A stretch of 32,000 nt of DNA, from assembly GCF_016127575.1 (NCBI RefSeq), contig NZ_CP066019.1:1620001-1652000 (forward strand), written 5' to 3'. Position 1 is the first letter of the stretch. Each line of letters opens with the position of its first letter. Below the pieces are notes generated by a model. It had not been told where the DNA came from. It made no database searches and worked only from the letters and a program-made list of their open reading frames with translations. Both the position numbers and the translations under genes were made by a program. This document shows, piece after piece, positions 18,562-27,101 of this stretch. The stretch comes from Cupriavidus necator (GTDB lineage: Bacteria > Pseudomonadota > Gammaproteobacteria > Burkholderiales > Burkholderiaceae).

Positions 18562-19043
18562 GATTGCGCCCTCCCGTCGGTATCGGCCATGCTCTGTCCC
18601 CTGGCGGCGCGCAGGATGGCGCGCTCCACGCGCGGGTAGGTGCCGCAGCGGCACAGGTTGGTGATGCCGGCGCGAATGTCTTCAGGCGCGGGCTCCGGGT
18701 TCTCCTTCAGCAAGGCGCAGGCGGCCATGATCATGCCGGACTGGCAGTAGCCGCACTGCGGCACCTGCTCGACAATCCACGCACGCTGCACCGGATGCGA
18801 ATTGTCGGCCGACAATCCCTCAATGGTCGTAATGTCGGCACGTGCCACGCTGCCCACGGGCGTGATGCAGGCGCGCACGGCCTTGCCGTCGACATGCACG
18901 GTGCAGGCCCCGCACAGGCCGGCACCACAGCCGAACTTGGTCCCGGTATAGCCCAGGTAGTCGCGCAATACCCACAGCAGGGGCATGTCGCGGTCGGCAT
19001 CGACGGCATGGCGCTTGCCGTTGATCTTCAGCTGCAATTTCAT
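18558..19043 (-). CDS. [2Fe-2S]-binding small subunit of the molybdenum hydroxylase (IorA-like)
   Basis: ATG at 19043 has GAGGAGA upstream. Cys clusters [12 protein letters not shown] and [11 protein letters not shown]...CRCGTY. Only the last 161 aa of the 698-aa ORF-track entry are credible. Confidence 0.92.
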   Translation of the reverse strand: MKLQLKINGKRHAVDADRDMPLLWVLRDYLGYTGTKFGCGAGLCGACTVHVDGKAVRACITPVGSVARADITTIEGLSADNSHPVQRAWIVEQVPQCGYCQSGMIMAACALLKENPEPAPEDIRAGITNLCRCGTYPRVERAILRAARGQSMADTDGRAQS

Positions 19044-19112
19044 TGGGGGTCTCCTCGTCGCGCACCGGCTTCGCAGTGGCCGGTTCGGTGCGGCCCAGTA
19101 TCGGCCGCGCGG

Positions 19113-19143
19113 CATGGCAGGACAATCGACTTGTTTTGCCATG
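19113..19143. promoter_or_regulatory. Imperfect 31-bp palindrome, candidate LysR-type binding site
   Basis: CATGGCAGGACAA-TCGAC-TTGTTTTGCCATG, with 11 of 13 arm positions complementary. It lies in the 123-bp divergent region between the iorA-like gene and the LysR gene, 24 nt before the LysR ATG. Confidence 0.3.
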
Positions 19144-19166
19144 ACCTGTGAGGCAAGATCACAGCC

Positions 19167-20054
19167 ATGATCCGCAGGCTCCCCTCGATGCAAGTCCTCC
19201 AGGCCTTTGCCGCCACCGCGCGCACGGGCAACATGACGCGCGCCGGCGATGCGCTGTGCGTGACGCACGGCGCCATCAGCCGCCATATCCGTGCGCTGGA
19301 GGCACAGCTGGGCTGCACCCTGTTCCTGCGCGCCGGCCGGCAACTGGAACTGACCGCCACCGGGCGCGAGCTTGCCGATGAACTGGAAAATGCCTTGCGC
19401 GCGGTCGAACTGTCGCTGGCCGGTGCCACCGAGCGCCGCGCGCGTGAACGCCAGTCGCTGAGCGTCAATGTCAGCCCCGAGCTGGCCGGCGCCTGGCTGG
19501 TACCCAAGCTGCCGCGGTTGCGCGAAGCCCTGCCCGGCCTGGACCTGTCTATCGCAGCCAGCACCGACGACCCGAACTTCGCCCGCTCCGACCTCGACGT
19601 CAGCCTGCGCTACGGTCCCGCGCCCTTCACCGGCTACCAGTGCGTGAAGCTGCTGGACGACGACATCATCGCGGTATGCAGCCCCGACTTCGCGCAGCGG
19701 CACGCGGGCATGACGGCCGCAGACGCCGCGCACCTGCCGCGGCTGCGGCACGCGCGCTTTCGCTGGGCGCAATGGGGCGCGGCGGCGGGGGTGGTGCTGG
19801 ACGAGCCGGAAGACGGCATCGTCTTCGACTGCCGCGCACTGCTGATCGAAGCCGCCGCCAGCGGCCTGGGGCTGGCGCTGACGCGCGCCTTGCTGGCACG
19901 GGAGGCTATCGCCGCGGGCAGGCTGGTGCAGCCGTTGGCCGCCAGCTTTCCCGCGAGCCACAACTGCTACATCGTCTGGCGTGGGGACAATCCCAAGCAG
20001 GCGCTGATCCGGCGCTTCGCGCTGTGGCTGCGCGACGCTGCGGTGCAGGCGTGA
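19167..20054 (+). CDS. LysR-family transcriptional regulator (GcvA-like)
   Basis: N-terminal [38 protein letters not shown], followed by a LysR substrate-binding domain. Divergent from the iorAB-like pair. Confidence 0.9.
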   Translation: MIRRLPSMQVLQAFAATARTGNMTRAGDALCVTHGAISRHIRALEAQLGCTLFLRAGRQLELTATGRELADELENALRAVELSLAGATERRARERQSLSVNVSPELAGAWLVPKLPRLREALPGLDLSIAASTDDPNFARSDLDVSLRYGPAPFTGYQCVKLLDDDIIAVCSPDFAQRHAGMTAADAAHLPRLRHARFRWAQWGAAAGVVLDEPEDGIVFDCRALLIEAAASGLGLALTRALLAREAIAAGRLVQPLAASFPASHNCYIVWRGDNPKQALIRRFALWLRDAAVQA

Positions 20055-20071
20055 CCGGCACCGCCCAGCCG

Positions 20072-20623
20072 CTAGCCCTTCCCTCCCCGCCACACCTGCA
20101 GCAGATCCCACGCCGGCGCTTCCCCTTCCGGCTGTGGCAACGCTTGCGCCTTGACCAGCATCGCGCCGGCCTGCGCCTGCAGCTTGTCCAGGCAGCGCGA
20201 CAGCACGCGTGCCTCTTCCGCCGTCAGGCAGGCAGCCAGCCGCGTATTGAAGTCCCGCGCCTGTGCGAACGCTGCACGGTAGACGGCTTCGCCTTGCTCG
20301 GTCAGCGTGAAGGCTGCTGCGCGCCGGTCCTGGGTACGCGTTTCGCGGCGGACCAGACCGCGTTTCACCAGGGCGTGGACGGCGCGGCTGGCCAGCACCT
20401 TGTCCAGGCCGGCGCTTTCGGCCAGTTCGGTCAGCCGGGTGCCTGGCTGCTCGCCAAGGAAGGAGATCATGCGCCATTCGCGCCGCGTGACGCCCGCCCT
20501 GGCGCGCAGGTGCAGCGCCGTGGCGCCCAGCGCGACGCGGTTCAGGTGGTAGATCCGGTAGTTGATGAAATCCGCCAGCCGCTGCGGCCGCTGCAGGCGG
20601 TTGCCGCTGTTGTCGTGTGCCAT
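20072..20623 (-). CDS. MarR-family transcriptional regulator
   Basis: Winged-helix core [49 protein letters not shown]...DRR. ATG at 20623. Confidence 0.9.
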   Translation of the reverse strand: MAHDNSGNRLQRPQRLADFINYRIYHLNRVALGATALHLRARAGVTRREWRMISFLGEQPGTRLTELAESAGLDKVLASRAVHALVKRGLVRRETRTQDRRAAAFTLTEQGEAVYRAAFAQARDFNTRLAACLTAEEARVLSRCLDKLQAQAGAMLVKAQALPQPEGEAPAWDLLQVWRGGKG

Positions 20624-20641
20624 GCCACACCTGCCAATTAG

Positions 20642-20659
20642 TTGACTTTGTCAATTATA
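20642..20659. promoter_or_regulatory. Candidate MarR operator (TTGAC-TTT-GTCAA) overlapping a perfect minus-strand -10 box
   Basis: Perfect 5+5 inverted repeat at 20642-20654. The reverse complement of 20654-20659 is TATAAT. The site is 19 nt upstream of the MarR ATG and about 65 nt upstream of the divergent Bug gene, in an AT-rich patch. Confidence 0.4.
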
Positions 20660-20718
20660 TCGACGGGTGTTAGCTTGCATCGACGCCGCTCGCCGGCGGA
20701 CAACAAACTGGAGACATC

Positions 20719-21696
20719 GTGAGCCCTCGCACCTTCCTTCCCCGCTTCGCCGCGTGCCTGCTGGCGGTTGCCGCTGCATGGTCCGCGCCCGCCAGCGCGC
20801 AGTCGGACCGTCCGCTGCGCATCCTGGTGGGCTACCCGGCCGGCGGCACCGCCGACCTCGCCGCACGCCTGGTCGGCGACAAGCTGCGCGAGACCCTGAA
20901 CCAGACCGTGGTCATCGAGAACAAGCCCGGCGCCGGCGGGCGGCTGGTGATGGACTACGCGCGCACGCAGCCGGCCGACGGAAATACCCTGGTGGTGGCC
21001 AACTCGGCGGTCATGACCATTGCGCCGCTGGTCTACCGCAAGCTCAACTACGATATCCAGCGCGATTTCACGCCCGTGGCGGAGGCCGCCAACTTCCAGC
21101 TGGCGCTCGCTACCGGGCCGGCCAGCCCGGCGCGCACGCTGAAGGACTATGTGGCATGGCTCAAGGCCGGTGCGCAGAACAACTCCTACGCCTCGCCGGC
21201 GCTGGGCAGCATCCCGCATTTCTTCGGGCTGATGATCGGCAAGCAGGTTGGCATCGACATGCTGCACGTCCCCTTCAACGGCTCTGCGCCGCTGATGAGC
21301 GCGCTGGTCGGCGGGCAGGTGCCGGCTTCGGTCGACACCCTTGCCGACCTGACCGAAATGCACCGCGCCGGCAAGATCCGCGTGCTGGCGACTTCCGGCA
21401 CCCACCGCTCGGTGGCGCTGCCCGATGTGCCGACCTTCACCGAGCTTGGCTACAAGGGCATCGAAGGCGAAGGCCGCTACGGCCTGCTGGCACCCGCGGG
21501 CACGCCGCGCCCGGTGCTCGACAAGCTCAACGCCGCCATCGTCAGGGCCGTGCAGTCGCCGGACGTGCGCGACAAGTTCCTCAAGCTGGGGCTGGAACCC
21601 GCAACCGGCCCGGCCGACGCCTTTGCCGGCGTGCTCAAGGCCGACGCCGGCAAGTGGGCACCGGTGGTCAAGGCGTCCGGCTATACCGGCGACTGA
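20719..21696 (+). CDS. Bug-family (TctC-like) substrate-binding protein
   Basis: GTG at 20719 has GGAGAC 4 nt upstream. Signal peptide FAACLLAVAAAWSAPASA. Motif RILVGYPAGGTADLAARLV...ENKPGAGG. Confidence 0.9.
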   Translation: MSPRTFLPRFAACLLAVAAAWSAPASAQSDRPLRILVGYPAGGTADLAARLVGDKLRETLNQTVVIENKPGAGGRLVMDYARTQPADGNTLVVANSAVMTIAPLVYRKLNYDIQRDFTPVAEAANFQLALATGPASPARTLKDYVAWLKAGAQNNSYASPALGSIPHFFGLMIGKQVGIDMLHVPFNGSAPLMSALVGGQVPASVDTLADLTEMHRAGKIRVLATSGTHRSVALPDVPTFTELGYKGIEGEGRYGLLAPAGTPRPVLDKLNAAIVRAVQSPDVRDKFLKLGLEPATGPADAFAGVLKADAGKWAPVVKASGYTGD

Positions 21697-21713
21697 AACC
21701 CGGCAAACCGACC

Positions 21714-23282
21714 ATGACGATCCGCAATACCCTCTTCATCATGTGCGACCAGCTGCGGCGCGACCACCTGGGCTGCTACGGGCATCCGGCGCTGCGCACG
21801 CGCAATATCGATGCGCTGGCCGCGCGCGGCGTGCGCTTCGACCGCGCCTTCGTCACCTCCGGGGTCTGCGGCCCCAGCCGCATGAGCTTCTATACCGGCC
21901 GCCATGTCAGCAGCCACGGCGCCACCTGGAACCGCGTGCCGCTGTCGGTCGGCGAAGTCACGCTGGGCGAATACCTGAAGCACAGCGGCCGCGCGCTGGC
22001 GCTGGCGGGCAAGACCCATGTGATGCCCGACAACGCCAACCTGAAGCGGCTGCACCTGGATGGCGGCACTGAGCTGGAAACGCTGCTGCGCAGCGGCCAC
22101 TTCACCGAAGTCGACCGCCATGACGGCCACCACGCCGAGCCGCACAGCGCCTACGCCGACTGGCTGCGCCAGCAAGGCTACGACAGCGCGGATCCGTGGA
22201 CCGACTACGTGATCAGCGCCGAGAACGAACGCGGCGAGATCGTCTCCGGCTGGCACATGCGCAACGCCGGCCTGCCCGCGCGCGTGGCCGAGCCGCATTC
22301 CGAGACCGCGTACACGGTGGACCAGGCGATGCGGTACATCGCCACGCGCGGCGACGATCCGTGGGTGCTGCACCTGTCGCTGGTCAAGCCGCACTGGCCC
22401 TACCTGGCGCCCGCGCCCTACCACGCCGCGTATTCGCTCGATGACTGCATGCCGCTGCAGCGCCACGACGCCGAGCTGGAAGACCCGCACCCGGTGCTGT
22501 CGGCCTACCGCACGCAGGAAGAATGCGCCAACTTCATGCGCCAGGAAGTCTCGGACACGGTGCGCCCCGCCTACCAGGGCCTGATCCAGCAGATCGACGA
22601 CCGGCTCGGCCAGCTCTGGGAACAGCTCGAACGCCTGGGCCGCTGGCAGGACACTCTGATCGTCTTCACCGCCGACCACGGCGATTTCCTGGGCGACCAC
22701 TGGCTGGGCGAGAAGGAGCAGTTCTACGACACTGTGCAGAACATCCCGCTGATCGTCTACGACCCCTCGCCGGCAGCGGATGCCACGCGCGGCAGCGCGC
22801 AGGCCAGCATGGTCAGCGCGGTCGACGTGGTGCCGACGGTGCTGGACGCACTGGGCCTGCCGCCGGCCGACCACCGCGTCGAGGGCCGCTCGTTGCTGGG
22901 CCTGACGCGCGCGGGCGAGCGTGCCTATGCCGGCAGCTGGCGCGATTTCGTCGTATCCGAGCTGGACTATGCCTATCGCGGCGCTCGCGTGGCGCTGGGC
23001 CGCCATCCCGGCGAGTGCCGCGCCTGGATGGTGCGTGACGCGCGCTGGAAATATGTGCACTGGCAAGGGTTCCGGCCACAGCTGTTCGACCTCCAGAACG
23101 ATCCGCAGGAGTATTTCGACCTGGGCAGCGACCCCGGCCACGAAGCCGTGCGCAGCACCATGCGGTTGCGGTTGCTGGAGTGGTTCTGCACGCTCAAGCC
23201 GCGCGTGACGGTAACCAGCCAAGAGGTAGCGGCCAAGACCAATGTGTACAAGCAGGCCGGCGTGTTCTTTGGCGTGTGGTGA
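21714..23282 (+). CDS. Sulfatase-family hydrolase (arylsulfatase / phosphonate-monoester-hydrolase-like), apparently cytoplasmic
   Basis: ATG at 21714 lies 17 nt after the Bug stop. N-terminus LFIMCDQLRRDHLGCYG. Formylglycine signature CGPSRMSFYTGR (Cys codon 21867-21869), then TADHGDFLGDH. No signal peptide. The ORF-track start at 20667 overlaps the Bug gene out of frame. Confidence 0.9.
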   Translation: MTIRNTLFIMCDQLRRDHLGCYGHPALRTRNIDALAARGVRFDRAFVTSGVCGPSRMSFYTGRHVSSHGATWNRVPLSVGEVTLGEYLKHSGRALALAGKTHVMPDNANLKRLHLDGGTELETLLRSGHFTEVDRHDGHHAEPHSAYADWLRQQGYDSADPWTDYVISAENERGEIVSGWHMRNAGLPARVAEPHSETAYTVDQAMRYIATRGDDPWVLHLSLVKPHWPYLAPAPYHAAYSLDDCMPLQRHDAELEDPHPVLSAYRTQEECANFMRQEVSDTVRPAYQGLIQQIDDRLGQLWEQLERLGRWQDTLIVFTADHGDFLGDHWLGEKEQFYDTVQNIPLIVYDPSPAADATRGSAQASMVSAVDVVPTVLDALGLPPADHRVEGRSLLGLTRAGERAYAGSWRDFVVSELDYAYRGARVALGRHPGECRAWMVRDARWKYVHWQGFRPQLFDLQNDPQEYFDLGSDPGHEAVRSTMRLRLLEWFCTLKPRVTVTSQEVAAKTNVYKQAGVFFGVW

Positions 23283-23389
23283 CTACGCCCGGCGTCATCT
23301 GCGGTCCGGTGACGTCCCCCTGCCCGGATGGCGTATCCTTTGAAGCGAGGGATGGGGGACCGGTGTTCGCACCGGCAACCGGAGCGATC

Positions 23390-23914
23390 ATGAAACACAC
23401 CTGGATTCTTGTGGCGGACGAATCCCTCGCCCGCATTTTTGCCTCGCACGCCTCAACCGCGCCAATGGCTCTGGTTGAGGAAATCACTGACGCGGCAGCA
23501 CATGGCGACCGCGCCAACCTGCGTCGCGACGCCTACGGCCGGCGCGGCCACGCCGCCGTACAGGGCGACGCCGGGCACCCCGGTGCCCACCAGGCCGGGC
23601 CGTCCACCGTCACATCGTCGGCCGGCGAGGATGAACTGCACCAGGAAGCGCAGCTGTTTGCCCGCCGCGTGGCGGACTACCTTGCCGATGCGCGCAACAA
23701 GCAGCGCTTTGACTCACTGGCGCTGATCGCGGCGCCGCGTTTCCTGGGCCTGCTGCGCAAAGCCCTTTCCGCCGGCGTCACCGACCTCATCACGAAGGAA
23801 ATTGGCAAGGACTTCACCCACATGCCCAACAACGACCTGCAACAACGGCTCGCGGACGAAGACATCATTCCCGCGCGCCGCGACGCGCGCGTCGTTACCG
23901 GCCGGGACCGATAG
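23390..23914 (+). CDS. Host-attachment-protein family protein (Host_attach-like, recognised from memory of the family N-terminus)
   Basis: ATG at 23390 has GGAGCG upstream. MKHTWILVADESLARIF... and the C-terminal LIAAPRFLGLLRKAL...KEIGKDFTHMP resemble that family. Function is unknown. Confidence 0.65.
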   Translation: MKHTWILVADESLARIFASHASTAPMALVEEITDAAAHGDRANLRRDAYGRRGHAAVQGDAGHPGAHQAGPSTVTSSAGEDELHQEAQLFARRVADYLADARNKQRFDSLALIAAPRFLGLLRKALSAGVTDLITKEIGKDFTHMPNNDLQQRLADEDIIPARRDARVVTGRDR

Positions 23915-23924
23915 CGAAGCCGCG

Positions 23925-23954
23925 CAGCCGCCGGTGCCAGGCCACCGGCGGCTG
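23925..23954. terminator. Hairpin between convergent genes (12-bp GC-rich stem, 6-nt loop)
   Basis: CAGCCGCCGGTG-CCAGGC-CACCGGCGGCTG. It sits exactly between the stop of the 23390-23914 gene and the stop of the 23965-24219 gene. There is no U-tract. Confidence 0.5.
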
Positions 23955-23964
23955 TGCGCCGGCG

Positions 23965-24219
23965 TCAGCGGGCAGTGCCCGAGCCGCTGGCTGCACCGCT
24001 GCTGCCGCTGGAGGTGCCGCTCGGGCTGGTCGTGCTGGTGGCGCCGGACGTGCCGGTAGAAGTGCTTGAGCTAGGGGTGCTGCTGCGGCTGCGGCTCTGT
24101 TCGGTGACCGAACCGGCGCCGGACAGCGAGCCAGAGCCGGTGGTGCTGCCGGTGGCGGTGCAACCCGCCAGGAAGCCAATTGCGAGCAGGGCTGTGCCGA
24201 TGCGTAGTGTTGTTTTCAT
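23965..24219 (-). CDS. Small secreted lipoprotein with S/T/G-rich low-complexity mature region
   Basis: ATG at 24219 has GGAGGA 5 nt upstream. Signal peptide plus lipobox MKTTLRIGTALLAIGFLAGC. The remaining ~60 aa are almost only Ser/Thr/Gly/Ala. Confidence 0.6.
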   Translation of the reverse strand: MKTTLRIGTALLAIGFLAGCTATGSTTGSGSLSGAGSVTEQSRSRSSTPSSSTSTGTSGATSTTSPSGTSSGSSGAASGSGTAR

Positions 24220-24311
24220 GTCGTCCTCCATCTAGCATGGTTGGCGGCAAGCCTTGCTACACGGCGCAGGCTGCCGGTGAGCGCGCTGGAACGCAGCTCT
24301 GCTGCGGAAGA

Positions 24312-24328
24312 CGCAACTGACGTACCAG
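24312..24328 (-). promoter_or_regulatory. sigma54 (-24/-12)-like promoter upstream of the lipoprotein gene
   Basis: The minus strand reads CTGGTACGTCAGTTGCG, that is TGGTACG-N4-TTGC against the consensus TGGCACG-N4-TTGCW, with correct GG/GC spacing. It lies about 95 nt upstream of ATG 24219. No enhancer-binding protein is encoded in the window. Confidence 0.35.
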
Positions 24329-24492
24329 CGGCGCCATACGACGAGCGGCGCGGGCCGGCTTGGCAACGCGGCGGCCGGCAATGCGGGAAAGTGACATGAC
24401 TGCGGTCCGGCCACAGTAAGAAGTGCGCGCCGCGGGTAAAAGTTACCGCGCCGGCGCAGTTCAGTATCGACTGAAGATGGCAGGCATCCGTG

Positions 24493-25203
24493 CTAGCGCG
24501 TCAGTGTCCACTTGTAGGCATAGCGGTCCGGGCGGAACAGCAGTTCGCCGCAGAACAACGGTGTGTCATCGATATCATGCGGCGTGCTGCGCAGGCGCAA
24601 CAGCGGTTCGCCCTCGGCAACACCGAGCCGGCGCGCCACGTCCGCGGGCGCGGCAACGGCGGTAGCTTCCATCGCCACTTCCTTGAACCGGTACCCGAGC
24701 CGGCTTTCAAACAGCGACATGGCGTCGTTGGTTTCCAGGTCCTCCTGCACCAGGCGGCGCATCAGCGGCTCAGGACCCATCAGGGTGAAATGCGCGACGG
24801 CCGCGTCATCCCAGTACCGCACGGTGGCCACGCTCAGCACTTTCTCGCCAGGTTGAAGACGCAGCGCCGCCGCCACATGGGCCGGCGCGCGCACCAGCCG
24901 TACCGACGCCAGCTTGCCGTAGGCGAGTTGGCCACGGGCGCGTGCGGTTTCATAGAAACCGGTCAGCGCGCCAAGGCTGGGCGTGTCTGAGGGACGAGTC
25001 ACGAAACTGCCCTTGCCGTTGACCTTCTCGATCAGGCCGGCGTTGTGCAGCCCGGACAGGGCCTGGCGCACGGTGATCCGGCTGACCGCGAATTCCGCCA
25101 CCAACTCCGCCTCGGACGGAAGCTTGGCGCCCGGCCCCCATGTGTTGCTGGCGATTCGCTGGCGAATCTCGTTTTCGATCTCTTTGAACCTGGGCAGCGC
25201 CAC
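24493..25203 (-). CDS. GntR-family (HutC/UTRA subfamily) transcriptional regulator
   Basis: GTG start at 25203. wHTH KLPSEAELVAEFAVSRITVRQALSGLHNAGLIEKVNGKGSFV, with a UTRA-like C-terminal domain. Confidence 0.9.
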   Translation of the reverse strand: MALPRFKEIENEIRQRIASNTWGPGAKLPSEAELVAEFAVSRITVRQALSGLHNAGLIEKVNGKGSFVTRPSDTPSLGALTGFYETARARGQLAYGKLASVRLVRAPAHVAAALRLQPGEKVLSVATVRYWDDAAVAHFTLMGPEPLMRRLVQEDLETNDAMSLFESRLGYRFKEVAMEATAVAAPADVARRLGVAEGEPLLRLRSTPHDIDDTPLFCGELLFRPDRYAYKWTLTR

Positions 25204-25284
25204 TTATGTTCCGCCTTGGCGGCGGCTCCGAACTGGGTGGAAGGGATTATACCTATCATGACAGCCTGCGGCGTAACCCTATTG

Positions 25285-25300
25285 ACCTGTTATAACAGGT
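25285..25300. promoter_or_regulatory. Perfect 16-bp palindrome, candidate GntR/HutC operator
   Basis: ACCTGTTATAACAGGT is self-complementary and contains the GT-N-TA-N-AC core typical of HutC-type operators. It lies in the divergent GntR / GMC-oxidoreductase intergenic region and overlaps TTGACC (25282-25287). Confidence 0.5.
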
Positions 25301-25352
25301 AATGGCAGTATCCGTCGTCACCAGATATGCGCGCGCCCCCGCAGATCACCGC

Positions 25353-27053
25353 ATGCTGGCAACTCAGGAGACACGCAAATTGAATACCAAGACATCACAA
25401 GACACCGCCAGCGCGGCGGCAGAGTTCGACTACATCGTGATCGGCGCGGGATCGGCGGGGTGCGCCGTGGCGGGGCGCCTGGCAGAAGATCCGAGTGCGA
25501 CCGTGGCGCTGCTCGAGGCCGGGCCGCATGATCATCACTTCTCGATCTGGGCGCCGGTGGGCATTGCCGCGGTGGTGCCCAAGGCCGGCCCGCGCAACTA
25601 CGCCTACTACACGGTACCGCAACCGGGCCTGAACGGCCGCCGCTCCTACCAGCCGCGCGGGCGCGGCCTGGGCGGCAGCTCCTCGATCAACGGCATGGTC
25701 TATATCCGCGGCCATCGGCGCGACTACGACGACTGGGCCGCGCTCGGTTGCCGGGGCTGGGGCTTCGACGACGTCCTGCCCTACTTCCGCCGCAGCGAGC
25801 GCAATCCTAGCCTGGCCGGCCAGGAACATCCGCTGCACGGCAATGACGGGCCGCTGCACGTGAGCGACCTGCGCTCGCCCAATCCGTTTGCACAGCGCTT
25901 TGTCCAGGCAGCGATCCAGGCCGGCCTGCCTCACAACGACGACTTCAATGGCCACAGCCAGGAAGGCGTCGGCCTGTACCAGGTGACGCAGCGCAACGGC
26001 GAGCGCTGGAACTCGGCGCGGGCCTACCTGCACAACGGCAATGCCGCGGACACGGCGCTCAATGGCGGCCGTCGCGGCCTGGCGGTGCTGACCGATACGC
26101 AAGCGCTGCGCATCGTGTTCGAAGGCAGGCGCGCTGTCGGCGTGGAAGTCGTGCGCGGCGGGGCGGTGCAGACCCTGCGCGCACGGCGCGAGATCGTGGT
26201 CAGCGGCGGCACCTTCAACTCGCCGCAGTTGCTGCTGGCATCCGGCATCGGCCCGGCCGCGCACTTGCGCAACTTCGGCATCGACGTGGTCCATGACCTT
26301 CCGGGCGTGGGCGAGAACCTGCAGGACCACCTCGACATCATCGTCAACAAGCAGCTGCAAACGACCGAGCTGTTCGGCAAGACCGGCCGCGGCATGTTGC
26401 GGCTGGCGCGCGAGGTGATGCGCTACCGGCGCAACCGCACCGGCATGGTGTCGTCCAATATCGCCGAGGCCGGTGCGTTCCTGCGCAGCCGCCCCGAGCT
26501 GGACATCCCGGATGTGCAGCTGCACTTTGCCGTGGCGCTGCTCGGCAACCGCAACCTGGGCAAACTGGGCCACGGCTACTCCTGCCACGCCTGCGTGCTG
26601 CGTCCGAAGAGCCGCGGCCATGTGCGCCTGCGCAGCGCCGACATGCGCGAGACGCCGGTGATCGATCCGCGCTTCCTGTCGGCTGAGGAAGACATGGCCG
26701 GCATGGTCGCAGGCGTGCGGGCAATCCGCCGCATCTTTGCGCAGCCTGCGCTGGCGCAGCACGGCGGGCGCGAAATCCTGACCGACGCTTTCGGCCCCGA
26801 CAGCAGCAATGAAGCCGCCATCCGCGACTTCGTGCGCACGCACGCGGACACGGTCTACCACCCGGTCGGCACCTGCAAGATGGGCGTCGACAACATGGCG
26901 GTAGTCGACCCGGAACTACGCGTGCAAGGTGTGGAGGGCCTGCGCGTCGCTGACGCATCGATCATGCCGACGCTGATCGGCGGCAACACCAACGCCCCCG
27001 CCATCATGATCGGCGAAAAGGCTGCGGACCTGGTCAAGGCCTCGCACCGCTAA
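25353..27053 (+). CDS. GMC-family FAD oxidoreductase (choline/alcohol dehydrogenase-like)
   Basis: FAD fold DYIVIGAGSAGCAVAGRLAED, GMC signatures GGSSSINGMVYIRG and YHPVGTCKMG. The start is ambiguous: ATG 25353, or TTG 25380, which has GGAGA 8 nt upstream. The ORF-track start at 25302 abuts the operator palindrome. Confidence 0.9.
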   Translation: MLATQETRKLNTKTSQDTASAAAEFDYIVIGAGSAGCAVAGRLAEDPSATVALLEAGPHDHHFSIWAPVGIAAVVPKAGPRNYAYYTVPQPGLNGRRSYQPRGRGLGGSSSINGMVYIRGHRRDYDDWAALGCRGWGFDDVLPYFRRSERNPSLAGQEHPLHGNDGPLHVSDLRSPNPFAQRFVQAAIQAGLPHNDDFNGHSQEGVGLYQVTQRNGERWNSARAYLHNGNAADTALNGGRRGLAVLTDTQALRIVFEGRRAVGVEVVRGGAVQTLRARREIVVSGGTFNSPQLLLASGIGPAAHLRNFGIDVVHDLPGVGENLQDHLDIIVNKQLQTTELFGKTGRGMLRLAREVMRYRRNRTGMVSSNIAEAGAFLRSRPELDIPDVQLHFAVALLGNRNLGKLGHGYSCHACVLRPKSRGHVRLRSADMRETPVIDPRFLSAEEDMAGMVAGVRAIRRIFAQPALAQHGGREILTDAFGPDSSNEAAIRDFVRTHADTVYHPVGTCKMGVDNMAVVDPELRVQGVEGLRVADASIMPTLIGGNTNAPAIMIGEKAADLVKASHR

Positions 27054-27101
27054 GCCGGCTATCCCCCTGCATTGGCAACCACTACACCGAGGAGACACCC
27101 C

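Noticed and set aside
18558-20654. A 698-aa minus-strand ORF spanning the iorA-like gene, the LysR gene and the MarR gene.
   Set aside because: Only the last 161 aa (from ATG 19043, with GAGGAGA upstream) look like a real protein, a 2Fe-2S subunit. The upstream 537 aa are Arg/Ala/Gly-rich, run antisense to the LysR gene, and lie out of frame with the MarR gene.
20667-21713. N-terminal extension of the sulfatase ORF (the ORF track starts it at 20667).
   Set aside because: The extension overlaps the well-supported Bug gene in another frame and translates to low-complexity Arg/Pro/Gly sequence. The sulfatase family N-terminus (LFIMCDQLR) begins right after ATG 21714.
23360-23375. CCGGTG-TTCG-CACCGG hairpin (UUCG tetraloop) between the sulfatase and host-attachment genes.
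   Set aside because: The 6-bp stem has no U-tract and sits only 5 nt from the downstream RBS. It could be a weak terminator or a leader structure, and I cannot discriminate between those from sequence alone.
24232-24414. A 60-aa minus-strand ORF between the GntR and lipoprotein genes.
   Set aside because: It has no RBS and an Arg/Ala/Pro/Cys-rich composition. It also overlaps the sigma54-like promoter region, so it is more likely an untranslated leader or promoter segment.
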